Shown piece by piece: positions 7,835 to 13,774 of a DNA stretch of 13,774 bases. This DNA comes from Eubacteriales bacterium (GTDB taxonomy: Bacteria; Bacillota; Clostridia; Oscillospirales; CAG-272), in the NCBI GenBank assembly GCA_045546375.1, contig JAZQCR010000129.1:1-13774 (forward strand), given 5' to 3'. Every line of letters begins with the position of its first letter. Position 1 is the first letter of the stretch. The position numbers were made by a program, and so were the translations under genes. The notes beneath the pieces are model-generated. The model searched no databases. It saw only the letters and a list, made by a program, of their open reading frames with translations, and had not been told where the DNA came from.

Positions 7835-8029
7835 CCATTGCGAAAGCAATGGTATATCACGCGTCAGCGTGTATATCATCAACGCAGTTGCATATCATCA
7901 GCCGTAGGCTGTATTATCTTTCGCAATGATGAGATACAACACTACGTGTTGATGATATGCAATTCCTTCGGAATTGATGATATACAACGGCTACGCCGTT
8001 GATTTTGCGTTAGTGTGATATATCATTCT
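7835..8029. repeat. Array of seven short GC-rich hairpins interleaved with five copies of a TGATGATAT(A/G)C motif. Two copies are in reverse and three in forward orientation, and a related 10-bp palindrome follows.
   Basis: Hairpins: CCATTGC-GAAA-GCAATGG (7835-7852), CACGC-GTCA-GCGTG (7858-7871), CAAC-GCA-GTTG (7880-7890), CAGCC-GTA-GGCTG (7899-7911), CAACAC-TAC-GTGTTG (7937-7951), CAATTCC-TTC-GGAATTG (7960-7976), CAACGGC-TAC-GCCGTTG (7985-8001). Motif copies: GTATATCATCAA (7871-7882, reverse), GCATATCATCA (7890-7900, reverse), TGATGAGATAC (7927-7937), TTGATGATATGC (7949-7960), TTGATGATATAC (7975-7986). Palindrome TGATATATCA at 8015-8024. Confidence 0.6.
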
Positions 8030-8045
8030 CTAAAGGTTCAAATGT

Positions 8046-8410
8046 ATGACTAAGAATTACCTGTTAATCTACTCGGAACAACTTGCTACCGATATAGAAT
8101 TACTTTGTCGAAGTATCAAAGCTTCATCAAACACCCTTTTTCAGATCCGCAAAAGTTCAAGCAGCGTTTATGCAAACATACGCGAGGCAAATTACGGCCA
8201 AAGTAAACCGGATATGCTTTCAAAATTCGAGATTGCGCTCAAAGAATGCACCGAAACAGAAGGGTGGTTACAGTTATTATTTAATACAAACAGCATAGAA
8301 GAAGACATATTATAGAAGAAGACATATTTAAAAAGCAACGGAATCTCTGCGGACGAATCAGACGAATACTGATCGCTAGCTGCAAAACACTGAAAGAAAA
8401 CGCAAAATAA
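8046..8410 (+). pseudogene. Four-helix-bundle protein of the 23S rRNA intervening-sequence / Avd-like family, disrupted by a 17-bp tandem duplication. The intact frame reads through 8315 (89 aa). The ancestral frame would end at 8410, giving about 116 aa.
   Basis: The core QIRKSSSSVYANIREANYGQSKPDMLSKFEIALKECTETEGWLQLL matches the family pattern QLRRAA.SIP.NIAEG.GR.S.K.F..FL.IA.GS..E...WL.LA. Removing one repeat copy restores a C-terminus (...IEEDIFKKQRNLCGRIRRILIASCKTLKENAK) that matches the family's final helix. That frame ends just before the terminator at 8417-8454. Confidence 0.6.
8295..8328 (+). repeat. Perfect tandem duplication of the 17-bp unit ATAGAAGAAGACATATT, two copies, which creates the premature stop of the four-helix-bundle gene.
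   Basis: Copy 1 is at 8295-8311 and copy 2 at 8312-8328, identical and head-to-tail. The TAG stop at 8313-8315 is made from the last base of copy 1 and the first two bases of copy 2. Confidence 0.9.
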
Positions 8411-8416
8411 TCATCC

Positions 8417-8454
8417 AAAAGACCTGATACAAGTGCATCAGGTCTTTCTCTGTT
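8417..8454. terminator. Hairpin between the convergent four-helix-bundle and HTH-TPR genes. Probable terminator.
   Basis: Perfect 10-bp stem AAGACCTGAT (8419-8428) with ATCAGGTCTT (8437-8446) and an 8-nt loop. It is followed by TCTCTGTT and preceded by an A-run, so the U-tract is imperfect. Confidence 0.5.
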
Positions 8455-9262
8455 ATCCAAGTAATCTTTCTATCTCGCCCCTTGTATCGCACATGTACTC
8501 GTAAACGGTTCCCCAAAACATCGTTTTCTCAGTGAAATCTATCTCGAAGGCTTCTAACACGTTTTTAGCGATAGTTAATTGAATATTCGATTTTTCAGTT
8601 TCTCCCTTTTCTCTGTAATACCTTGCAAGACACATCAGCATATCTATTAAGGTTTCTGCAGAAATGTTTTTCTGCTTATGCGCCGCGACGTACATATCAT
8701 CTCCGCTGAGAAGCTCTGCTTCAAGGGCTAATTTGCTGAAGTATATCTCGGGTATCCTCTCGAGAGTAGGTTTAATCAAGTCATAGTTGCCGTTTGTTTT
8801 ATAGCACGTAGCCAATATACGGCAAGCATCATACTTAACAGAATCATCCTTACTGCTTTCTATAAGCATTTTACATAATTCGATCACTTCATCGCTTCTC
8901 GTCTCAATATCGAAGGTGTAAAGAAGATTATTCAGTATCACATCATTACCGGGAAAACGCTTTAGGCCTTCACGTAGAATTGCCTCCGCCTTTTCGCTGT
9001 CGGTAGAACGGTATTTGTATGCCTCATAGCAAATAGCATCCACTTCTTTTTCCATTTCGAATAAATTAAAGTCGAAAAGCTCATCGGTTGAAACGCCGAA
9101 AAACGACGCGATGGCAGGTATCAAGGTTACGTCCGGCATTGTGCTCCCGTTTTCCCATTTTGATACGGCTTGAAAAGACACTCCAAGATAACCCGCAAGT
9201 ATTTCCTGGGAAATGTCCTTTTGCTTTCGTAATGTTTTTATCTTTTCTCCTAGTTTTATCAT
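8453..9262 (-). CDS. Transcriptional regulator of 269 aa with an N-terminal XRE-type HTH and a C-terminal TPR-like helical repeat domain (RNPP/Rgg-like architecture).
   Basis: AGGAGA lies 8 nt before ATG 9262. The HTH is IKTLRKQKDISQEILAGYLGVSFQAVSKWENG. The C-terminal half is helical and repeat-like (AEAILREGLKRFPGNDVILNNLLYTF...). The gene is AT-rich. Confidence 0.75.
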   Translation of the reverse strand: MIKLGEKIKTLRKQKDISQEILAGYLGVSFQAVSKWENGSTMPDVTLIPAIASFFGVSTDELFDFNLFEMEKEVDAICYEAYKYRSTDSEKAEAILREGLKRFPGNDVILNNLLYTFDIETRSDEVIELCKMLIESSKDDSVKYDACRILATCYKTNGNYDLIKPTLERIPEIYFSKLALEAELLSGDDMYVAAHKQKNISAETLIDMLMCLARYYREKGETEKSNIQLTIAKNVLEAFEIDFTEKTMFWGTVYEYMCDTRGEIERLLG

Positions 9263-9399
9263 TGTATTTCTCCTATAATTATTTGGAATAAGCGCTTATC
9301 CTGATATAATTGTACCAAAAACTATTGGAATTACAATAACCTGTTTTTTGAGAATTATTCAACCTTGAGTTGAGATAGCTAAAACGTTAAAAAAGAGTA

Positions 9400-9428
9400 T
9401 TACTTTTTTTAGTCCACTATGGTATAAT
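9400..9428 (+). promoter_or_regulatory. Candidate promoter with an extended -10 for the nitroreductase gene.
   Basis: TGgTATAAT with TATAAT at 9423-9428. The -35 TTACTT at 9400-9405 is weak, with a 17-nt spacer. GAGGT ribosome-binding site at 9449-9453 and ATG at 9458. Confidence 0.4.
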
Positions 9429-9457
9429 ATAGTTACAATAAACCGCACGAGGTAATC

Positions 9458-10183
9458 ATGAACGAAGTAATAAAAGAGTTATACGAGCGCAAGTCGGTGA
9501 GAGTGTTTACCGAGCGCGAGATAGAGGAAGAAAAGGTACAGACTATACTGAGAGCGGCAACAGAGGCACCCACCGCCGGTAATCAGCAGTTATATACCAT
9601 ACTGCGCGTAACGGACGAGGATATGAAAAAGCGTCTCTCGGTCACCTGCGATAACCAGCCCTTTATTGCTGATGCAAAGCTGGTGCTGATATTCTGCGCT
9701 GACTGCCTTAAATGGTACGATGCGTTCTTAAGGGCAGACTGTGAGCCGAGAAAGCCCGGTGCGGGAGACATGATGCTGGCAGTAAGCGACGCGGTTATCG
9801 CCGCGCAGAACGCCGTCGTTGCCGCACACTCACTCGGTATCGGCTCCTGCTACATCGGCGATATAATGGAGAACATTGAGGCTCACAGAGAGCTACTGCA
9901 CCTCCCCGAATACGTCTTCCCTGCCGCTATGTTAGTCTTCGGCTACCCTACAGAGCAGCAGTTAAGAAGAGAAAAGCCCAAACGCGCGCCTATGGAACAT
10001 ATCGTTCACGAGAACACCTATCGACCTATGGGTGAGGGCGAACTACAGTCTATGATCGGCAAAGGTAAGGACGGCGAAGAATATCAACGCTGGATAAAGG
10101 CCTTTTGCGAGAGAAAATACAACTCCGATTTCTCAAGAGAAATGACCCGCTCGGTAAAAGAGTATTTAGAACAGTTTAACTAA
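9458..10183 (+). CDS. Nitroreductase-family NAD(P)H-dependent flavin oxidoreductase, 241 aa.
   Basis: N-terminal RKSVRVFT plus APTAGNQQ, LVLIFCAD, and SLGIGSCYIGD motifs, typical of the NfsA/NfsB-like nitroreductase fold. Ribosome-binding site present. Confidence 0.85.
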   Translation: MNEVIKELYERKSVRVFTEREIEEEKVQTILRAATEAPTAGNQQLYTILRVTDEDMKKRLSVTCDNQPFIADAKLVLIFCADCLKWYDAFLRADCEPRKPGAGDMMLAVSDAVIAAQNAVVAAHSLGIGSCYIGDIMENIEAHRELLHLPEYVFPAAMLVFGYPTEQQLRREKPKRAPMEHIVHENTYRPMGEGELQSMIGKGKDGEEYQRWIKAFCERKYNSDFSREMTRSVKEYLEQFN

Positions 10184-10187
10184 TTAG

Positions 10188-10214
10188 AAAACGACCCTCA
10201 TGGGTCGTTTTCTT
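10188..10214. terminator. Bidirectional rho-independent terminator between nitroreductase (+) and the flotillin operon (-).
   Basis: AAAACGACCC-TCAT-GGGTCGTTTT then CTT. The flanking A and T tracts are symmetric, so it serves both strands. Confidence 0.8.
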
Positions 10215-10237
10215 ACTTTACAATTTATGACCTACGG

Positions 10238-10852
10238 TCATTTCAGTTTTTTCTCCATTATGATATCCTTACATTCAAGTAGCAATTTCTTATACTTTTT
10301 CTTGTATTTGCTGAGTTTCACAAGTATAACGGTAAAAAACGCAATACCGAAAATATCAAGGGCAATCAGCATAGCTACGCGAAGTATAAGCGGATCGATG
10401 CCATAATAGATAATCATAAACAGAGCCGGCAACGTAGCTAAGCCTAAGAGCATAAACAGAAACGCAAACAAAGTATAGACCTTTTTGATTCGTGCGTACT
10501 GAGATACCACAGCTTCAAGCAAAAACTGCTTTTGCGAGGGTTCTGTGTAGTACGGTAGCTCTTCCCTGTCACTTTTCCTAATAAGGTATAAGTAGGTGAG
10601 GGGCAGATCGTACCGAGAAGGTAAGATCTCGTATCCGCCCTCATTTATCCTTGCGCGTTGCAGGGTCTCATTCTGACTGTCGTCGCCTACTGCTATAACC
10701 GTGTACTCACCGGGTAAACACTTTTCAAAGAAATAAATATTGCCAAAGATGATTTTCTTCAGTTTCCACCCGGAAGCGCACATCGAATTAAAGTATTCAA
10801 GCTCTTTTTCAAAGTCGAAAAATACCTTGAACGTCTTTTTGGTGGTTTTCAT
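10238..10852 (-). CDS. DUF2812-family membrane protein of 204 aa, last gene of the flotillin operon.
   Basis: The N-terminal KVFFDFEKELEYFNSMCASGWKLKKIIFGNIYFFEKCLPGEYTV resembles DUF2812 (MKKKF.IFYD.EKEEKWLNEMA.KGW.L....G.YTFEEG.PGEY). Two C-terminal transmembrane helices and a Lys-rich tail follow. It starts 9 nt after the flotillin stop with a weak AAAGG ribosome-binding site 2 nt before ATG 10852, so translation is probably coupled. The gene is AT-rich, unlike its neighbours. Confidence 0.65.
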   Translation of the reverse strand: MKTTKKTFKVFFDFEKELEYFNSMCASGWKLKKIIFGNIYFFEKCLPGEYTVIAVGDDSQNETLQRARINEGGYEILPSRYDLPLTYLYLIRKSDREELPYYTEPSQKQFLLEAVVSQYARIKKVYTLFAFLFMLLGLATLPALFMIIYYGIDPLILRVAMLIALDIFGIAFFTVILVKLSKYKKKYKKLLLECKDIIMEKKLK

Positions 10853-10861
10853 TGCCTTTTC

Positions 10862-12277
10862 TTATTCGCCGTCCGATACGGTCTCAATAACAGCGGGCGC
10901 CTCGGTCTCGGACTTTTCCTCGACCTTCTGCCCCAAGAAATTAGGTAACTGCATTCCTGCCATGGCGAACATCTCATCAAGGGGAGGAACCGACTTCATC
11001 ATACCGGAGATAAAGTTAGCGGTAGATGTCTTACCGTCTCCGTTCTGACCGCCGTCCCAAACAGTGACCTTATCGATCTTGATATTCTTAACAGCATCAA
11101 CCTGTACACGCATAAGCTCTTCCAGCTTATCGGCGATAAGGAGCTTAAGTGCCGCATCTGCGTCACCGCCTGCGCTCTTGACGATCTCGGCAAAACCTGC
11201 CGCCTGCTTTTTGAGGATCTCCTCGACACCGCGGGCCTCTGCCTCCATCTTAGCGTAGATAGCGTCGGCTTCACCCTTCGCCTTTCTGCGCATCTGCTCG
11301 GCTTCTGCCTCTGCAGCAAGCTCGATCTCCTTCTTACGAGCCTCGGCACGAACGATGATGTCCGCCTCAAGGGTAGCCTGCTCTTTGGCACGTCTGGCTT
11401 CTTCCGCTGCCTGCTCTGCCGCATAAGACTCTTCAAGTGCCTTCGCCGCCTGGATCTTCTCTGCGGTGGTGGCTATCTTCTGCGCCTCGGCTTCCTTCTC
11501 GCGAAGAGCCGCCTCAGACATAGCGATCTTCATCTTGGCTTCGTTCTCACCCTGAATCGCCACGGAGTCAGCCTCGGAGACCTTAATACGCTGATCCATC
11601 TTAGCGTTTGCCTCACCGATAGAACCGTCTCTATCCTGCTCTGCTACGCTCTTCTTCGCGTCGTTGATAGCCTTTGCCGCCGCTTCCTTACCGAGAGCCG
11701 CGATATATCCGGACTCGTCGCTGATATCGGTGACGTTTACGTTGATAAGACGAAGACCTATCTTCTTAAGCTCTGTCTCAACGTTACTGCTTACAGCCGC
11801 AAGGAACTTATCTCGGTCGGTATTGATCTCCTCTATATCCATAGTAGCGATGATAAGACGAAGCTGACCGAAGATAATGTCCTTAGAGAGCTCCTGTATC
11901 TCGGAGAGCTGAAGACCTAATAGACGCTCAGCGGCGTTCTGCATTACACCCGGCTCGGTGGAGATACCGACGGTGAAACGGGAAGGAACGTCGATACGGA
12001 TATTCTGTCTCGAGAGCGCGTTCTTTAAGTCCACCTGGATGGAGATGGGTGTTAAGTCCAGATAGGAATAGGACTGGAACACGGGGATAACGAACTCCGC
12101 GCCACCGTGGATACACTTGGCACTGCGGTTCGTACCGTCCTTGTTCTTACCGATAGAACCGTAGACGACCATGATCTTATCGGAAGGACACTTCTTATAC
12201 CTGGAGCATACCCAGGCAAGGAAGGAGATGACGATAAGCACGATAGCGCTTATTAAAATGATTAATTCGGGTTGCAT
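10862..12277 (-). CDS. floT: Flotillin-family (SPFH/band-7) membrane scaffold protein, FloT-like, 471 aa.
   Basis: An N-terminal membrane hairpin is followed by an SPFH domain and a long Glu/Ala/Lys-rich coiled coil (EAEAQKIATTAEKIQAAKALEESYAAEQAAEEARRAKEQ...). GGAGG lies 7 nt before ATG 12277. The nested Arg-rich 145-aa ORF at 10999-11436 is an alternate-frame artefact. Confidence 0.9.
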   Translation of the reverse strand: MQPELIILISAIVLIVISFLAWVCSRYKKCPSDKIMVVYGSIGKNKDGTNRSAKCIHGGAEFVIPVFQSYSYLDLTPISIQVDLKNALSRQNIRIDVPSRFTVGISTEPGVMQNAAERLLGLQLSEIQELSKDIIFGQLRLIIATMDIEEINTDRDKFLAAVSSNVETELKKIGLRLINVNVTDISDESGYIAALGKEAAAKAINDAKKSVAEQDRDGSIGEANAKMDQRIKVSEADSVAIQGENEAKMKIAMSEAALREKEAEAQKIATTAEKIQAAKALEESYAAEQAAEEARRAKEQATLEADIIVRAEARKKEIELAAEAEAEQMRRKAKGEADAIYAKMEAEARGVEEILKKQAAGFAEIVKSAGGDADAALKLLIADKLEELMRVQVDAVKNIKIDKVTVWDGGQNGDGKTSTANFISGMMKSVPPLDEMFAMAGMQLPNFLGQKVEEKSETEAPAVIETVSDGE

Positions 12278-12302
12278 GATTTTTCCTCCATTTATTTAAT
12301 TT

Positions 12303-12941
12303 TTATTTTGTTCTTACAACTAAAGTGGTCTGTCCGCTGACACCGATGACCACTATCTCGGCACCTGTGGGAATAGGCTCGGACTCGTCGGTGACGGCAT
12401 CCCGCTCAACGTAGCTTCCCTGAAGCATAACGTGTACCTTGCCCTCCCCCTTGCGGGATGCAGGGACGGTAAGCTGAACCTTGCCCGCAGTGCCTATAGC
12501 ATTACGGTTGTCGGCATTACCGTCACTGCGTAGCTTAAGCACCATATTGAATAGGAAAGCTATGAGTACCATCATAGCAAAGCCGCTGACGGTGGCGATA
12601 AGTAAGGTGAGCCAGAGCTCCGCCTCGGCCGCCTGCATTACCACGCCGACCCAACCGAAGACCACGAAGAAGGCTACTATACCGCGTACCGTAAAAATGC
12701 GAAGCCCGTCAAGCCCGTCGGCATCTCCCGGATCAAATACGCTGTCATCACCAAAAACGCCGTCGTTCACGTCAAGGGGTAAGCCATCCGCGCCATCAAG
12801 ATCGGGGGCGTCAAACTCGGCATCGTCACCCAGCCCCAAAAAGAGCATCACCGTCTGCACCAGCAACACTAACGTAGCGGGCACGGCAAAACAATAAAAT
12901 ATCTGTGCCGTTCCACTTAAAGTACTCCACCATTCAAACAT
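12303..12941 (-). CDS. NfeD-family membrane protein (YuaF/YqeZ-like) of 212 aa with a C-terminal OB-fold and an acidic Asp/Gly-rich insert.
   Basis: Three hydrophobic helices precede the C-terminal beta-rich segment GKVQLTVPASRKGEGKVHVMLQGSYVERDAV...GAEIVVIGVSGQTTLVV, typical of the NfeD OB domain. It sits directly upstream of flotillin, the canonical gene pair. AAAGGA ribosome-binding site present. Confidence 0.8.
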   Translation of the reverse strand: MFEWWSTLSGTAQIFYCFAVPATLVLLVQTVMLFLGLGDDAEFDAPDLDGADGLPLDVNDGVFGDDSVFDPGDADGLDGLRIFTVRGIVAFFVVFGWVGVVMQAAEAELWLTLLIATVSGFAMMVLIAFLFNMVLKLRSDGNADNRNAIGTAGKVQLTVPASRKGEGKVHVMLQGSYVERDAVTDESEPIPTGAEIVVIGVSGQTTLVVRTK

Positions 12942-12967
12942 AATTTAATCCTTTCTGACAATGTCAT

Positions 12968-13522
12968 TTACAGTAAAGTTGATAGCATCTCGTCCGACTT
13001 GACCCTGAGCCTTGACGCCGTGTGAGCATAGAGCATGACCTGCAGTATTCGTACGAGCATCTTTTTAGCATTTGGGATCCTCTCTACAAAGCCCTCCGCC
13101 GCAGACTCAGCCGCCGCAAGAACAGAGGCTTCATCGCTTATATTTATGCTTTCCTCCGAGATCATATCCACGTATCTGTGGTATAGCTCGTCATCGCTGA
13201 TAAGGTCATCGGCAGGGTCGGCGGTAAGACCGCCGAGCAGCTTTATGAGGGAACAGATCCTATCTATCTGAATAGAATCCTTAAGCATATTTATAATGAT
13301 GATACGCGCAAACTGGGTGCATGTATACACACGCTTTTTAGGCGGTGTGACGAAGCCCCTTTTCACCCAATTCTGCACCATATAAGGCTCAAGGCCGGTC
13401 ATTATGCATACTTGTGAAAGGGTTATACCGCCTGTGGCAAATATCCCGTCAAAAAGCGAACGGGAACTGCATTTTTCAAGGGACATTACCTCTATGGTCG
13501 TCCCGGGGTAGGTAGTAGGCAT
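12968..13522 (-). CDS. DUF1836-family protein of 184 aa with a MerR-like HTH N-terminal region. First gene of the flotillin operon and a putative regulator.
   Basis: ITLSQVCIMTGLEPYMVQNWVKRGFVTPPKKRVYTCTQFARIIIINMLKD matches both the DUF1836 NYVK-GLIPPP-KKKY signature and the MerR pattern (tigevA.ltGvs.rtLR.YE..GLl.P.r...gyR.Ys...l..L.fI). GGAGG lies 8 nt before ATG 13522. Only 26 nt with no terminator separate it from NfeD. Confidence 0.65.
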   Translation of the reverse strand: MPTTYPGTTIEVMSLEKCSSRSLFDGIFATGGITLSQVCIMTGLEPYMVQNWVKRGFVTPPKKRVYTCTQFARIIIINMLKDSIQIDRICSLIKLLGGLTADPADDLISDDELYHRYVDMISEESINISDEASVLAAAESAAEGFVERIPNAKKMLVRILQVMLYAHTASRLRVKSDEMLSTLL

Positions 13523-13554
13523 ATCCTTCGCCTCCTTTTCATCCTTGTGGAATA

Positions 13555-13583
13555 ATTATATCACACGGTCACGTGACTGTCAA
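13555..13583 (-). promoter_or_regulatory. Perfect sigma-A consensus promoter (minus strand) for the DUF1836-NfeD-flotillin-DUF2812 operon, with a palindromic operator in the spacer.
   Basis: Read on the minus strand: TTGACA (plus 13578-13583), a 17-nt spacer, TATAAT (plus 13555-13560). The spacer contains GTCACGTGAC (13568-13577), a perfect 10-bp palindrome that extends to 14/16 as ACGGTCACGTGACTGT. Confidence 0.65.
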
Positions 13584-13603
13584 TAGTAAAAATGTGATTT
13601 TTA

Positions 13604-13640
13604 TAAAAATATCCGAGTTCGATTTGAACTCGGATATTTT
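13604..13640. terminator. Strong hairpin terminator after the partial zinc-ribbon gene. It is bidirectional in form.
   Basis: Perfect 13-bp stem AATATCCGAGTTC (13608-13620) with GAACTCGGATATT (13626-13638) and loop GATTT. AAAAAT lies upstream and TTTT downstream. Confidence 0.65.
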
Positions 13641-13643
13641 GAC

Positions 13644-13774
13644 TTATAATCTGGTGCCGCACTCTGTGCAGAATGACATACCCTCTTCGACGACGCTTGA
13701 GCAGTTTGGGCAACGCTTTACTATGGGGGCGGCGGGTGCGGGCGGAGCTAACCTCTCACCGCACTCGGTACAGA
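13644..13774 (-). CDS. C-terminal fragment of a zinc-ribbon-domain protein. The gene continues beyond the window edge.
   Basis: The minus-strand frame reads ...CTECGERLAPPAPAAPIVKRCPNCSSVVEEGMSFCTECGTRL*, with the stop at plus 13644-13646. Three C-x2-C pairs indicate a double zinc ribbon. It is missing from the ORF track because it is open at the edge. Confidence 0.45.
   Translation of the reverse strand, partial: CTECGERLAPPAPAAPIVKRCPNCSSVVEEGMSFCTECGTRL

Noticed and set aside
7835-8029. The hairpin/motif array considered as a CRISPR array.
   Set aside because: The units are 11-17 nt, non-identical and in mixed orientation, with no regular spacer-sized unique segments. No cas genes are present.
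8046-8410. The four-helix-bundle gene considered as part of a diversity-generating retroelement.
   Set aside because: There is no reverse transcriptase and no template/variable repeat pair with adenine-specific mismatches anywhere in the window. Family membership alone is insufficient.
8376-8414. A 12-codon hydrophobic minus-strand ORF (MIILRFLSVFCS), considered as a possible signalling peptide for the HTH-TPR regulator.
   Set aside because: It has no ribosome-binding site and lies on the far side of the terminator hairpin. It is too short and unsupported, so it is kept only as a note.
9088-9291. A 67-aa plus-strand ORF overlapping the 5' end of the HTH-TPR gene.
   Set aside because: It is antisense to the gene and crosses its start codon and ribosome-binding site. 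It has no features of its own.
10999-11436. An Arg-rich 145-aa ORF in an alternate frame of the flotillin gene.
   Set aside because: It is a low-complexity artefact of the GAA/GCN-rich coiled-coil coding region. The flotillin frame is clearly the real one.
12481-12897. A Ser/Pro-rich 138-aa plus-strand ORF antisense to NfeD.
   Set aside because: It is antisense to a gene with a clear NfeD OB-fold and has no ribosome-binding site. Its low-complexity composition reflects the Asp/Gly-rich codons read on the opposite strand.

Overview
The window looks like a Firmicutes/Clostridia-type chromosomal segment: GGAGG-type ribosome-binding sites, DUF1540/DUF1836/DUF2812 families, and a flotillin operon. 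Composition is visibly mosaic. Modules of roughly 50-55% GC (the MarR + heterodimeric ABC exporter operon, nitroreductase, DUF1836-NfeD-flotillin) alternate with clearly AT-rich modules: the XRE + 394-aa tail-anchored protein cassette, the region downstream of tRNA-Leu(GAG) carrying a hairpin/motif array, a frameshifted four-helix-bundle gene and an HTH-TPR regulator, and the DUF2812 gene. Supported content, in order: a DUF1540 Cys-rich small protein; a divergent XRE regulator and orphan membrane-anchored protein sharing a duplicated palindromic operator; a marR-abcA-abcB operon with overlapping stop/start codons and asymmetric ATP sites; two divergent membrane proteins; tRNA-Leu(GAG) with its own consensus promoter and terminator; an array of seven short hairpins interleaved with five copies of a TGATGATAT(A/G)C motif in mirror orientation; a four-helix-bundle (23S-IVS/Avd-like) gene truncated by a perfect 17-bp tandem duplication; an XRE-HTH + TPR (RNPP/Rgg-like) regulator; a nitroreductase; a four-gene operon of a MerR-like DUF1836 protein, NfeD, flotillin and DUF2812, driven by a textbook TTGACA-17-TATAAT promoter whose spacer holds the palindrome GTCACGTGAC; and a partial zinc-ribbon gene at the right edge. 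There is no CRISPR array, integrase, transposase or rRNA. All assignments rest on motif recognition and reading the sequence by eye, with no database search.
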